Part shown: in pieces, positions 37,395 to 47,563 of the stretch
How the letters are laid out: each line of letters starts with the position of its first letter
How positions within the stretch are numbered: the first letter of the stretch is position 1
Assembly: GCA_964291295.2 (NCBI GenBank)
Contig: OZ219754.1
Coordinates: forward strand, 2,016,001-2,080,000
DNA from: an uncultured Candidatus Binatia bacterium
GTDB lineage: Bacteria; Desulfobacterota; Binatia; UBA9968; JAJDTQ01
Length of the DNA stretch: 64,000 bases
Direction: 5' to 3'
Notes under the pieces: model-generated
What the model was told of the DNA's origin: nothing
Seen by the model: only the letters and a program-made list of their open reading frames with translations
The model's database searches: none
Position numbers and translations under genes: made by a program

Positions 37395-38082
37395 CCAACT
37401 TGTAGCCGACGCCGCGCACGGTGACGAGCCACTCGGGAGTGCGGCCATTGTGCTCCAGCGCTTTCCGGATCCTTCGGATGTGAACGTCGACCGTACGCGG
37501 CGTCACGTAGACGTCCGAGCGCCACACGCCGTCGAGTATCTGATCGCGGCTCAGTACCCGGTTGCGATTCCGGATCAGGAAGCGAAGGACCTCGAAGCCC
37601 TTGAGGGTGAGCCGGACCGGCCGCCCCGCCACCTGCACTTCGTAGGTGGCCAGGTTGACCTTCACGGGGCCCTTCTCGTAGATCTCCGCCCGGTCGGACG
37701 AGGTCGGAGAGCCGGTGCGCCGCAGCACCGCCTTGACCCGTGCCACCATCTCCGTGGGGCTGAAGGGTTTCGTGATGTAGTCGTCCGCCCCCAGTTCCAG
37801 ACCGACCACCCGGTCGGCCTCTCCCGCCTTGGCGGTGAGCATCAGGATCGGGGTGTGGGCGGTCTGGGGCGCCTGTCGGATGATCTTGCAGAACTCCAGC
37901 CCCGGGAGCCCCGGCAACATCAGGTCCAGCACGATCAGCCGCGGCGTGTCCTTCCGTACCAGGTCCAGTGCGTCTTCGCCGTTCTCGGCTTCCAGCACCC
38001 GGAAACGTTCCTGATTCAGGTGGTACGAGATCAGCTGGCGTATGTCCGCCTCGTCCTCGACGACGAGGATCTTGTCCGCCAT
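37372..38082 (-). CDS. phoB: Phosphate regulon response regulator (OmpR family)
   Basis: REC domain (VEDE, LDLMLP, GADDYITKPFS) plus wHTH (RTVDVHIRR, TVRGVGY); lies between phoU and phoR. Confidence 0.9.
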   Translation of the reverse strand: MADKILVVEDEADIRQLISYHLNQERFRVLEAENGEDALDLVRKDTPRLIVLDLMLPGLPGLEFCKIIRQAPQTAHTPILMLTAKAGEADRVVGLELGADDYITKPFSPTEMVARVKAVLRRTGSPTSSDRAEIYEKGPVKVNLATYEVQVAGRPVRLTLKGFEVLRFLIRNRNRVLSRDQILDGVWRSDVYVTPRTVDVHIRRIRKALEHNGRTPEWLVTVRGVGYKLDESVLET

Positions 38083-38118
38083 GGAATTCTCCGGCGTCAG
38101 CATTCCCCGATGTGCGGC

Positions 38119-38805
38119 TCAGATAGACCGGGGTACTTCCTTGACGTGGCGAATACTGGTCCCCTTGACCAGGAATATGACCATCTCCGCGATGTTGGTG
38201 GCATGGTCCGCGATCCGTTCCAGGTATTTCGACACGAAAGTAATCTTCATGGCGCGGTTGATGGTCCTGGGCTCGCTGATCATGTAGGAGACCGTCTCCC
38301 GGAAAATCTGCTCGTTGAGGTCGTCGATCTCCTGATCGTCCTGGCACACCTTGAGGGCCAGCGAGGTGTCTTCGTGAACGAACGCGTTGAGGCTCTCGGA
38401 GATCATGCGCCGGGAGATCTCGGCCATCCTCGGGATGTCGATGTAGGGCTTGAGGGGAGCCTCGCGGATCAATTCGATGGACCGTTCCGAGATATTCACC
38501 GCCATGTCGCCGATGCGTTCCAGGTCGGTGGTGATCTTGAGCGCCGTGGTGACGAACCGGAGATCCTTGCCCGCCGGCTGGTGCAGCGCGATCAGGCGCA
38601 CGCACAACTCGTCGATGTCGGCGTCCATCTGGTTGACTTCGGCCTCCCTCTCGATGACGCTCTCGGCGAGCGCCGCTTCACGGTCCACCATGGCCGTGAT
38701 GGAACGGTCGATCTGGTCCTCCACCAGGCCGCCCATCTGTATGATCCTGTAACGCAGCGACTTGAGCTCTTCCTCGTATTTCCGATCGGTGTGTTCAGGG
38801 CGCAT
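38119..38805 (-). CDS. phoU: Phosphate signalling protein PhoU
   Basis: QPAGKDLR, DLERIGD and LERIADHATNIAE motifs; start MRPEHTD. Confidence 0.95.
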   Translation of the reverse strand: MRPEHTDRKYEEELKSLRYRIIQMGGLVEDQIDRSITAMVDREAALAESVIEREAEVNQMDADIDELCVRLIALHQPAGKDLRFVTTALKITTDLERIGDMAVNISERSIELIREAPLKPYIDIPRMAEISRRMISESLNAFVHEDTSLALKVCQDDQEIDDLNEQIFRETVSYMISEPRTINRAMKITFVSKYLERIADHATNIAEMVIFLVKGTSIRHVKEVPRSI

Positions 38806-38857
38806 GGCCGTCTCCCGGGCATGGCATCGCCGGGCGGGACTCGGAGGTCCGGTGCCG

Positions 38858-40357
38858 CTAGCCGGTCTCGATCTGGTACGCTTCCTGGTGGAGCCCGGAA
38901 TCGGCCTTGATGATAACCTTGCGGTCGATCTCCCGCTCCAGGGCCTCCAGGCCTTCGTTGGCGTCGTCGTAAAGAAAATTCGCCACACCCGGGTGGACGT
39001 GTACGGTAATGCGGCTGCCGTTGTCGAGTTGGGCGGTTTCCCGCTTGATGTCGCGCAGGATCTGGTATGCGATGGTCGGTTGGGATCTGATGCGGCCGCG
39101 CCCGGCACAGTAGGGACATGGACTCAGCAGGACGTTTCCGAGGTTCTCGCGAGTGCGCTGCCGGGTCATTTCCACGAGCCCGAGCCTGGAGATGGGCAGC
39201 ACGCGCGTCTTGGCCCGGTCCTGCTTCACCGCTTCCTTCAGGGCTTCGTGTATCTTCTTGCGGTTGGCGGCCTGTTCCATGTCGATGAAGTCGATGATGA
39301 TGATTCCGCCGACGTTGCGCAGGCGCAGTTGATGGACGACCTCGCGCGCCGCCTCCAGGTTGATCTTGAATACGGTGGCTTCCAGATCCTTCTTGCCGAC
39401 GTAGCGCCCGGTATTCACGTCCACGGCGGTCAGCGCCTCGGTCTGTTCGATGTGGATGTGCCCGCCGGAATGCAGCCATATCTTTGGTTCCAGCGCCTTG
39501 CGGATCTTGCGCTCGATCTCGTAGCGGTCGAGCAGCGGTTCGGGTTCTTCATACAGCGTCACGCGGCGTCTCAGGCGCGGCATGAACTGGTCCACGAATT
39601 CGACCACGCGCCGGTATTCCTTGACCTGGTCCACCACCACCTCCTCGGTGTTGGCGTCGAAGAAGTCGCGAATGGTGCGCGGAACCAGATCCAGGTCCTG
39701 GTGGATCAGTTCGGAGGTCGAGGCCGTTTCCAGCCGTTTGCGGATCCGGCTCCAGAGCTTTGTCAGGAATCGTACGTCACCCTGGATGTCCTTTTTGCTG
39801 CGTCCCTCGCAGGCCGTCCGAATGATGAAGCCTTCTCCCTCCCCGGCCAGTTCCTGGACCATCTCCTTGAGCCGCTTGCGCTCCTTCTCGTCCTCGATCT
39901 TGCGGGAAATGGCCACATGACCGGTGTCGGGCATGAACACGAGAAAGCGGCCGGGCAGGGAGATGTGTGTGGTGACGCGGGCGCCCTTCATCCCGAGGGG
40001 ATCCTTGGCGACCTGCACCAGGATTTCCTGATCCGGGCTGAGCTTTTGTTCGATCCGGAGCCGGTTCTGCTCGGGGGCGGGCTCGAAAACCACCTCCTCA
40101 TCGTTGCCGTCGGCCATGGCCGGCAAGCCCGCCCGGGAGCCGATGTCCGAAGCGTGGAGGAACGCGGCCTTCTCCAGGCCGATGTCGACGAAGGCCGCCT
40201 GCATTCCGGGCAGCACCCGCCCCACGCGGCCCTTGTAGATGTTGCCGACGCAGCCCTTTTCCTGGTTGCGCTCGATGAGGAACTCGGCCAAGCCGTCCTC
40301 TTCCATGACGGCAATGCGGGTTTCCTGGGGAGTCGTGTTGATGAGGATCCGTCTCAT
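38858..40357 (-). CDS. rng: Ribonuclease G (Rne/Rng family)
   Basis: GNIYKGRV, AAFVDIG, VDVNTG, LRNVGGIIIIDFIDM and CPYC motifs; about 500 aa with no RNase E scaffold. Confidence 0.93.
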   Translation of the reverse strand: MRRILINTTPQETRIAVMEEDGLAEFLIERNQEKGCVGNIYKGRVGRVLPGMQAAFVDIGLEKAAFLHASDIGSRAGLPAMADGNDEEVVFEPAPEQNRLRIEQKLSPDQEILVQVAKDPLGMKGARVTTHISLPGRFLVFMPDTGHVAISRKIEDEKERKRLKEMVQELAGEGEGFIIRTACEGRSKKDIQGDVRFLTKLWSRIRKRLETASTSELIHQDLDLVPRTIRDFFDANTEEVVVDQVKEYRRVVEFVDQFMPRLRRRVTLYEEPEPLLDRYEIERKIRKALEPKIWLHSGGHIHIEQTEALTAVDVNTGRYVGKKDLEATVFKINLEAAREVVHQLRLRNVGGIIIIDFIDMEQAANRKKIHEALKEAVKQDRAKTRVLPISRLGLVEMTRQRTRENLGNVLLSPCPYCAGRGRIRSQPTIAYQILRDIKRETAQLDNGSRITVHVHPGVANFLYDDANEGLEALEREIDRKVIIKADSGLHQEAYQIETG

Positions 40358-40610
40358 GCTTCGGCACCCGGTCCAGACCGCAGGTGGTCCGAGTACGTGG
40401 TCCGGGACGCTGCAATATACCCGAGGATAGGCGAGTTGATGCCAAATGGCAAGTTGAGGGCCAGCCGCGGGCACCGTGTCTGACGGGCGCCGTGTTTGAC
40501 AAGTGAGGGTGCCGGAAGATAGACTCGCGCCATTCCGACCCGGGGCCTTTGTGGATACCGCGATACATCAGGCAGGGAGTCCGGCGGCCGTCGTGCTGGA
40601 CCATTCTCCG

Positions 40611-41207
40611 ATGCACACAAAGGTGCTCATGCTGAATCGTTCCTACCTCCCGATTCACGTCACATCGGTGCGCCGCGCCTTCGCGCTTCTCTATCTGGGT
40701 GTCGCCAAGGCCGTCAACGAGAGATATCAGACGTTCGACTTCAAGGGGTGGAGCGATCTCGCGGTGTCGGTCCACGAAGAGTCCGTGGGGCTGGTCGATC
40801 AACTCGTTCGTGTGCCCCGGGTGATACTCCTGGTCCGGTACGACCGGGTGCCTCGGCGGCAGGTGCGGTTCAGCCGCTACAATATCTATGCGCGCGACAA
40901 GTCGACATGCCAGTATTGCGGCAAGAGGCTTCCGCGTCACCAGCTCAACCTGGACCACGTGGTTCCCCGGTCCCGCGGCGGCACGTCCCGGTGGGAGAAC
41001 GTCGTCTGTTCCTGCGTGGCGTGCAACCGCAGGAAAGGCGGGCGTACGCCCCAGGAAGCGCGGATGAAGTTGTTGCGCGAGCCGTACAAGCCCACCTGGA
41101 CGCCGTTCGTTCAGGAAGGTGACGGGAACATCCGATATCGCGAGTGGCTGCCGTTTCTCTCCACCGTCGACGCCTCCTACTGGAACAGCACGCTGCTGGA
41201 GCAGTAG
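40611..41207 (+). CDS. HNH endonuclease (McrA-like)
   Basis: VLMLNRSYLPI, RD..CQYC, LDHVVPRSRGG and WENVV.SC..CN motifs. Confidence 0.9.
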   Translation: MHTKVLMLNRSYLPIHVTSVRRAFALLYLGVAKAVNERYQTFDFKGWSDLAVSVHEESVGLVDQLVRVPRVILLVRYDRVPRRQVRFSRYNIYARDKSTCQYCGKRLPRHQLNLDHVVPRSRGGTSRWENVVCSCVACNRRKGGRTPQEARMKLLREPYKPTWTPFVQEGDGNIRYREWLPFLSTVDASYWNSTLLEQ

Positions 41208-41404
41208 CGGTTTCTTGCCCCTGATGACTCCTGTCCCACATGTTGTGGTGGGCGTACGGCGCCGTCACTTCATGTTGTGACTTCGCCTTGACACAGGCAC
41301 CTTCCGTGTGAAACAAACCCGGATGGAGGCCCGCGCCGCCGGCCACCCCCGGGGAGCGCGGGACTGCGGTATTTGTCGCGGTACTTTGTAGCGGGATTCT
41401 TTGT

Positions 41405-44400
41405 ATGCGCCTGAACGCACTGGAAATTTCCGGTTTCAAGTCTTTCGCGGACAAAACCGCCCTGAACTTCACTTCGGACGTCACCGCCATCGTGGGACCC
41501 AACGGCTGCGGCAAGTCCAACGTCGTCGACGCGTTGCGGTGGGCCATGGGCGAGCAGAGCACCCGGCACCTCCGTGGCCAGACCATGGAGGACGTCATCT
41601 TCAGCGGCAGCGAGCAACTCGCGCAAGTCGGCATGGCGGAGGTCACCGCGGTCCTGGACAACTCCGACCGCACGGCTGCCGACGACTACCGCGCTTTCGC
41701 CGAGATCGCCGTGACCCGGCGGCTCTTTCGCTCCGGCGAGTCGGAATACTCCATCAATCGCGTTCCCTGCCGCCTCCGGGACGTCGTGGATCTCTTCGCG
41801 GGGACCGGGGTCGGCAACAAGTCCTACTCCATCATCGGACAGGGGCGGGTCGAGGAGTTGGTGAACGCCAAGTCCGAGGACCGTCGCCGCATCATTGAAG
41901 AGGCGGCGGGCACGAGCGGGTTCAAGCGCCGCCGGCAGGCGGCGGAACGGAAGATGGATCAGACCCGGCAGAACCTCTTGCGGGTCAACGACGTCCTCCG
42001 GGAGGTGGAACGGCAGCTTCGCAGGATCGAGCTTCAGGCAAAGAGGGCGGAGCGTTACCGGGTTCTCCAGGAACAGTTGAAGGAGAAGGATCTCCGTTGG
42101 GCGGCCGTCCGCAGGCAGGGCCTGGAACGGGAAATCGCCGCGCTGGGAGTCCAGGTGAAGGCGGTCGAGGATCGGATCGAGTCGCTGACCGCCACCGTGC
42201 GGGCCAGAGAAGAAGAAGGCGAACGCAGCCGCACGGCGCGGCTGGTGCTGGACGGCGAGATCGCGTCCGTGCAGGAGCAGCTGTACGAGGTGAGAGCGGA
42301 TGTGAAGGGAGAGGATCAGCGTATACGGTTCCTGGAGCGCGAAGAGAAGGAGTTGAAGGAGTCGGTGGAGAGGCTCGAAGCCGACGTCGTGGACACGGGG
42401 GCGCGTCTGGAGAAGGTAGCCGCCGAGATGGCGGATCTGGGCAAGGCGAGCGAAGCGTTCGCACGGCTCCACGCGCACGAAGCCGCGCGCGTGGAGCGCG
42501 TTGATCGGGACGCGGCCGGTCTGCGGGAGCGTATGGTGGCGCTTCAGGCCGATGTCGAGCGCGAGAAGGATCTGTTGGTGGACCGGCTGGGAGCCCACTC
42601 GCAACTCACCAATGCGCGGCGAGCCCATGAAGAGCTGCGGCAACGGTTGAACGCCGAGCTGGTGCACAAGCAGGGCGAGCGAAGGACCGTGGAGAAGGAA
42701 CTCGGCGCTTTGGTGGATCGGCGGTCCGGTGCTTCCGGGGATCTGGATGCGTGCAAGGCGCGGGAGGCGGAACTGGGCGAGCGGCTGAGCCGCGTGGAGG
42801 CGGACCTGGAGGGCGCCCGGTCTGCCCGGGACGGGCATGAGGAGATTCTGGCGCGGCTCAAGGAGGAAACGCAGGAAGCGCGATCCAGCCTGCGCTCGTT
42901 GGAAACGCTGCAAAGGAATTTTGAAGGCTACCAGGAGGGCGTTCGCGCCGTCATGCGGAAGCATGAGAGTAATGGCGCGTCGGATGGCGTGTGCGGCGTG
43001 GTGGCCGACTTCATCGAGGCCCCCGAGGAGATCGAGAAAGCCCTGACAGCCGTGCTCGGGGAGCGGCTCCAGTACGTCGTGGTTCAGGGACACCAGGAGG
43101 GCGTCGAGGCCGTCGAGTACCTCAAGCGGGAATCGGCGGGTCGCGGCGGCTTCATTCCGCGCCGGTTCGAACGCCGGAACGGCGCTGCTCTGGTGACGGC
43201 GTCGAGTCCGGACGTCATCGCTCCGTTGCTCGGGCTCGTGCAGGTCAAGGAGGGCTACCGTGACGTCGCCGACTACCTGCTGGGTGACGTGGCGGTGGTC
43301 AGGGATCTGGAGTCGGGCCTGGGACTCTGGCGCGCCAACGGGTTCCGTCACTCGCTGGTCACCCTCGACGGCGAAGTGATCGACCCCATGGGGGTGGTCA
43401 CGGGTGGCAGTGCGGAGAGCCTGGAAGGGAACCCGATCTCGAGGCGCCGCAAGGTCAAGGAGTTGAAGCGGCAGGTCGTGGAGCGGGAGGATCAGGTCCG
43501 GAGTCGGGAAGGGCGCCTGACCGAGAGCAGGCGCGAATTGCAACGGATGGAGTCGGAGCGCGAGGGTCTGACGGAGGAGGCGCGCGACCTGGCTGTCGCC
43601 GGGGTGCGCATGGAGCAGGCGCTGCTGGGCACGGATCGGGATATTGCGCGCTGCCGGCAGGATCTGGCCACCCTGGAGCAGGAGTTGGGCAATGTTTCGA
43701 GTGAGGTCGCCGGCCTGGACGGGGCCATGTCGGCGAGCGACGCGGCCATTGCCGAGAGCACGCGCGCGCGGCAGGCGCTGGATGCGCGGCTCCAGGCGTT
43801 GCAGGATGCGCGGCGAGAAGTCGAGGAGAGCCTGCGCGGCGCGGATGCCCGTCTGAGCGAGTTCCGCGTGAGGGCGGCCGAGGCCAGGGAGAAGGCGGAG
43901 AGTTCCAGGGCGAGTCTCCGCAACAAGATGGATCTGCGTGACACGCTCACTGGTCAGCTTGGAGAGAGGAAGGCCCGGATTGCGGAGATGCGCCGCAAGG
44001 CTGTGGATATGGGGACGGCGCGCGACCAGTCGACGGCGCGGGTCGAGTCGTTGCGGGCCCGGCTTGAGGAGTTGGAGGGAGAGCTGGCCGGGCGGCAGGA
44101 GGAATACCATGGGCTGTCGGCCCGCATCCGCGAGGTGGAAGAAGCCGTCCACCTGATACGCCCGGATATTGACGCCCGACAGGAAGACAGGCAGCGGCTC
44201 CTGTTGTCTCGGGGCGCAAAGTCCATGGAGCTTGGCCACCTTGGCGCCGATGTCCGGGACAAATACGGCGTGGAACTGGGCGACGTCCCGGCGGCGACCG
44301 ACGAGGAAGTCTCCTCGGCCGCCGTCCTGCAGGACGCAGTGGCGGAGTTGCGGAGTCGGCTCGATCGGATGGATGGGGTCAATCTCGCGGCCATCGGCGA

Positions 44401-44995
44401 GTTCGAGGAGTTGACGGAACGGAATCGGTTCATGACCGGGCAGCGGGAGGATCTGGAACGCTCTCTGGCGCTGCTGCAGCAGACCATCACCAAGCTCAAC
44501 CGGATCTGCCGGCTTCGGTTCCAGCAGAGCTTCGAGGATATCAACCGGGAGTTTCAGGCCATCTTCCCGCGTCTCTTCGACGGCGGCAAGGCGTCGCTCA
44601 AGCTGACGGACGAGAACGACCCTCTGGAAACCGGCGTCGATATCGTCGCGCAGCCTCCCGGCAAGAAGCTCCAGTCCGTCACCCTCCTTTCCGGCGGCGA
44701 GAAGGCCCTCACCGCGGTAAGCCTTCTGTTTGCGATCTTCATGACCAAACCGAGTCCGTTCTGCTTTCTCGACGAGGTGGACGCGCCGCTTGATGATGTC
44801 AACCTCGAGCGCTTTATCGACGTCGTCAAGGACATGACGCGTCTGTCGCAGTTCATGATCATCACCCACAACAAGAAGACGATGCTGGCGGCAGACGTGC
44901 TGTACGGCGTCACCATGGAAGACCCCGGGGTCTCCAAGATCGTGTCCGTCGAGATGGTCGAGGCCCGGGAACCGAACCTGCCCGGACTCCCATGA
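41405..44995 (+). CDS. smc: Chromosome segregation protein SMC
   Basis: GFKSFAD, GPNGCGKSN, hinge region, LSGGEK and LDEVDAPLD motifs. Confidence 0.97.
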   Translation: MRLNALEISGFKSFADKTALNFTSDVTAIVGPNGCGKSNVVDALRWAMGEQSTRHLRGQTMEDVIFSGSEQLAQVGMAEVTAVLDNSDRTAADDYRAFAEIAVTRRLFRSGESEYSINRVPCRLRDVVDLFAGTGVGNKSYSIIGQGRVEELVNAKSEDRRRIIEEAAGTSGFKRRRQAAERKMDQTRQNLLRVNDVLREVERQLRRIELQAKRAERYRVLQEQLKEKDLRWAAVRRQGLEREIAALGVQVKAVEDRIESLTATVRAREEEGERSRTARLVLDGEIASVQEQLYEVRADVKGEDQRIRFLEREEKELKESVERLEADVVDTGARLEKVAAEMADLGKASEAFARLHAHEAARVERVDRDAAGLRERMVALQADVEREKDLLVDRLGAHSQLTNARRAHEELRQRLNAELVHKQGERRTVEKELGALVDRRSGASGDLDACKAREAELGERLSRVEADLEGARSARDGHEEILARLKEETQEARSSLRSLETLQRNFEGYQEGVRAVMRKHESNGASDGVCGVVADFIEAPEEIEKALTAVLGERLQYVVVQGHQEGVEAVEYLKRESAGRGGFIPRRFERRNGAALVTASSPDVIAPLLGLVQVKEGYRDVADYLLGDVAVVRDLESGLGLWRANGFRHSLVTLDGEVIDPMGVVTGGSAESLEGNPISRRRKVKELKRQVVEREDQVRSREGRLTESRRELQRMESEREGLTEEARDLAVAGVRMEQALLGTDRDIARCRQDLATLEQELGNVSSEVAGLDGAMSASDAAIAESTRARQALDARLQALQDARREVEESLRGADARLSEFRVRAAEAREKAESSRASLRNKMDLRDTLTGQLGERKARIAEMRRKAVDMGTARDQSTARVESLRARLEELEGELAGRQEEYHGLSARIREVEEAVHLIRPDIDARQEDRQRLLLSRGAKSMELGHLGADVRDKYGVELGDVPAATDEEVSSAAVLQDAVAELRSRLDRMDGVNLAAIGEFEELTERNRFMTGQREDLERSLALLQQTITKLNRICRLRFQQSFEDINREFQAIFPRLFDGGKASLKLTDENDPLETGVDIVAQPPGKKLQSVTLLSGGEKALTAVSLLFAIFMTKPSPFCFLDEVDAPLDDVNLERFIDVVKDMTRLSQFMIITHNKKTMLAADVLYGVTMEDPGVSKIVSVEMVEAREPNLPGLP

Positions 44996-45891
44996 ACCAG
45001 GGCGAAGGCTTTCTGGCGCGTCTCAGGCGGGGTTTGTCCCGGACGAGAGCGGCGTTCACAGGCCGTCTGGAGAGCGTCCTGTCGAAAGACGACCGATCGG
45101 AAGACGATTGGGAGGCGCTGGAGGAATCGCTTGTCGGCGCCGATTTCGGCGCGCAGGCTACCCGGAGGTTGATGGAATCCATCCGTGGTTCGCACCAGGC
45201 CGGCCACGCGGTGGCGCGGCAGGAGCTGGCCCGCCTGTTGAAGGAGACAAGCGGTATTGGCGCCCACCGCTATTCGCAGTCTCCGTGGGTGATGCTGGTG
45301 GTGGGCGTCAACGGGGTCGGCAAGACCACCACCATCGGGAAGCTGGCGCACCAGTTGAGGCGGAACGGCAAGAGGGTGGTGCTGGCCGCGGGCGACACGT
45401 TCCGGGCGGGGGCCATTGAGCAGCTCGAGATCTGGGGCGCCCGGGCCGGTGCGGAGGTCATCCGGCACGCGCCGGGACAGGACCCCTCGGGAGTCGTTTT
45501 TGATGCCGCCCAGGCGGCTCGGAAACGGCAGGCGGACGTTCTCCTCGTCGACACGGCCGGCAGGCTCCACAACAAGGTCAACCTGGTGGAGGAGCTCAGG
45601 AAGATGCGCCGGGTTCTCGGCCGGGTGCAGGAAGGGGCGCCGCACGAGACGCTGCTGGTGGTTGACGCCGGCACCGGCCAGAATGCGGTCGTCCAGGCCC
45701 GGGTCTTTCAGGAGGCGGTGGGCGTGAGCGGCATCGTCCTTACCAAGCTCGACGGCACCGCCAAGGGCGGCGTGGTGTTCAGGATACAGCAGGAGTTGGC
45801 GATCCCGATGGAGTTCGTGGGCGTGGGCGAGGGTATCGAAGACCTGCAGGGATTCGATCCGGAGGCGTTCGTGGAGGCGTTCTTCGAGTGA
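44992..45891 (+). CDS. ftsY: SRP receptor FtsY
   Basis: GVNGVGKTTT, DTFRAGA, DTAGR and TKLDGTAKGG motifs. Confidence 0.97.
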   Translation: MNQGEGFLARLRRGLSRTRAAFTGRLESVLSKDDRSEDDWEALEESLVGADFGAQATRRLMESIRGSHQAGHAVARQELARLLKETSGIGAHRYSQSPWVMLVVGVNGVGKTTTIGKLAHQLRRNGKRVVLAAGDTFRAGAIEQLEIWGARAGAEVIRHAPGQDPSGVVFDAAQAARKRQADVLLVDTAGRLHNKVNLVEELRKMRRVLGRVQEGAPHETLLVVDAGTGQNAVVQARVFQEAVGVSGIVLTKLDGTAKGGVVFRIQQELAIPMEFVGVGEGIEDLQGFDPEAFVEAFFE

Positions 45892-45912
45892 GCCGCCGAG
45901 CCTTCATTCGGC

Positions 45913-45942
45913 TTGACATCAATGCGAGGCAAATTTTAAACT
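45913..45942 (+). promoter_or_regulatory. Sigma70 promoter of zapB-zapA
   Basis: TTGACA-N18-TAAACT in an AT-rich gap. Confidence 0.55.
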
Positions 45943-45973
45943 ATCAATTTAAGATTTGTTTGCTATTTGCCCA

Positions 45974-46201
45974 ATGGACGTTGACAAACTCGAACAGTTG
46001 GAGTTGTGCGTGGAGCGGCTCGTCGAACAGAACCGGACGATGAAAAGGGCGAAGGTCAGAGCGGAAACGCGTCTCCAGGAGCGGGATGCCCAGTGCAGGA
46101 GCCTGAGGGACCGGGTCCAGCGGTACGAGCGCGAGCGTGCGGTGCTGCGGGAGAGGCTGAACAGGATCATCGGTCGGTTCGAGCAACTGGGCCTTTCCTG
46201 A
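45974..46201 (+). CDS. zapB: ZapB-like short coiled-coil cell division protein
   Basis: 75-aa coiled coil directly upstream of zapA. Confidence 0.65.
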   Translation: MDVDKLEQLELCVERLVEQNRTMKRAKVRAETRLQERDAQCRSLRDRVQRYERERAVLRERLNRIIGRFEQLGLS

Positions 46202-46216
46202 CGGCACGGAGGCGTC

Positions 46217-46495
46217 ATGCAACGGGCCGTCGAAGTCACCATCATGGGGCAGAGGGTCACGCTCCGAAGCGAGGACGACGAAGAGTACATACGGAGCGTG
46301 GCGGAATACGTGGACGAGAAGATGCGCGAGGCGAGCCGGTCGACGGCTCCGAGGGGAAAGTACACGGCGGCGGTGCTTGTGGCCCTGAACATAGCCGACG
46401 ATTATCACCGTCTCAAGGACAACCATGAGGCGGCGGCGAGCCGGATCGACCGGTTGGTCGACCGGTTGTCGGCGGCCTTGTCCGAGGACGACTGA
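46217..46495 (+). CDS. zapA: Cell division protein ZapA
   Basis: VEVTIMGQ, VAEYVDEKM and AVLVALNIAD motifs. Confidence 0.92.
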   Translation: MQRAVEVTIMGQRVTLRSEDDEEYIRSVAEYVDEKMREASRSTAPRGKYTAAVLVALNIADDYHRLKDNHEAAASRIDRLVDRLSAALSEDD

Positions 46496-46505
46496 GAAGG
46501 ATATT

Positions 46506-46907
46506 TTCAGGAAGGTTCGGGCAGCTCCCCGTCGAACGAAGACTGTTCCAGGACTGTTTCGTCCCGCGCGGTTGTGTGGAATACTGAACCATGCGCCGAG
46601 GTGCGCGGCAGGCCGTTGCGGCAGTGTGCGCATGCGGGCTTTGGAATTCGCGGGCTTTGGGACTTGCGTGCTTTGGAAGTCATTGAAGTGATGAAACGGG
46701 CCGGGCCAAGAGAGTTCTTTCCGGCCATCGGGTTTCAGGGGGTGGATGTTCCGCCGCCGCCGTCGCCTCGCTGGCGCCGATTATCCCTGAGGGGACCCTG
46801 TACCCGCGCGTGATCCAGAGCCTTCCTGCCGTTCACGCCCGCGTTGCCCTTCGAACCGCGCGGACGTGACAACACCTCGCCCTCGGCGCCCTTGCTCGGG
46901 ACCTGAA
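46506..46907 (+). ncRNA. ssrS: 6S RNA (SsrS), apparently oversized; ends approximate
   Basis: Canonical zapA-ssrS-ygfA position; nested long-range pairings form a rod with an internal bubble. Confidence 0.7.
46634..46681. repeat. 16-bp tandem repeat x3 inside the 6S locus
   Basis: GCGGGCTTTGGAATTC GCGGGCTTTGGGACTT GCGTGCTTTGGAAGTC. Confidence 0.85.
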
Positions 46908-46908
46908 C

Positions 46909-47523
46909 ATGAGTTCCTTGATGAGGGACAGGAAGCGGGCCGTCAGAGGCGAGATTCTGGCAAAAAGGGAATCTCTTCCGCCCACGGTGGTTCGAGCCTG
47001 GGGAGACAGCATACAGAGCGTCGTGCTGACCCTTCCCGCCTATCTGGCCGCGGGCGCCGTCGTACTGTACAGCCCGCTGGGCAACGAGGTCGACACATCC
47101 GGGATTGGCCGCGTCGCGCTGCGGACGGGGAAGCGGCTCTACTACCCGAAAATGAGAGACGGAGATTCGCGGGTGGCCCGGGTGCGGTCCGAGGCCGAAC
47201 TGGTTCCCGGCCGGTACGGTATTCTCGAGCCCGCCGGTGATCAGCCGTTGCCTGGCGGGGAGGACCGGAGGGTTGCCGTGTTCGTTCCGGGCGTTGCCTT
47301 CGACTCGCGCGGCAACCGCCTGGGTCGCGGGAAGGGGTGGTACGACCGGCTGTTGGGCGGCCTGGACGTTCGTGTGCCGAGGGTCGCCTTGGCCTATGAA
47401 TTCCAGGTGCTGGAGGACGTCCCCGCGGAACGGGGAGACCTGCCAGTGCACACGATCGTGACGGAAAGAAGGGTCATTTCGTGCGGCGGGACGGATGATC
47501 GTGCGAAGGTGCGGGACGCATAG
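46909..47523 (+). CDS. ygfA: 5-formyltetrahydrofolate cyclo-ligase
   Basis: NEVDT, YGILEP and VPGVAFD..GNRLGRGKGWYD motifs. Confidence 0.95.
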   Translation: MSSLMRDRKRAVRGEILAKRESLPPTVVRAWGDSIQSVVLTLPAYLAAGAVVLYSPLGNEVDTSGIGRVALRTGKRLYYPKMRDGDSRVARVRSEAELVPGRYGILEPAGDQPLPGGEDRRVAVFVPGVAFDSRGNRLGRGKGWYDRLLGGLDVRVPRVALAYEFQVLEDVPAERGDLPVHTIVTERRVISCGGTDDRAKVRDA

Positions 47524-47563
47524 ACCCTTCCATCATTCCCATGCTTCCGGGAGGTAGCTTGTT

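Noticed and set aside
40611-41207. HNH gene as a mobile homing endonuclease or defence system
   Set aside because: Matches the common stand-alone McrA-like HNH family; no intron, flanking repeats, methylase or RT nearby
41270-44869. 1199-aa minus-strand ORF
   Set aside because: Antisense shadow of smc
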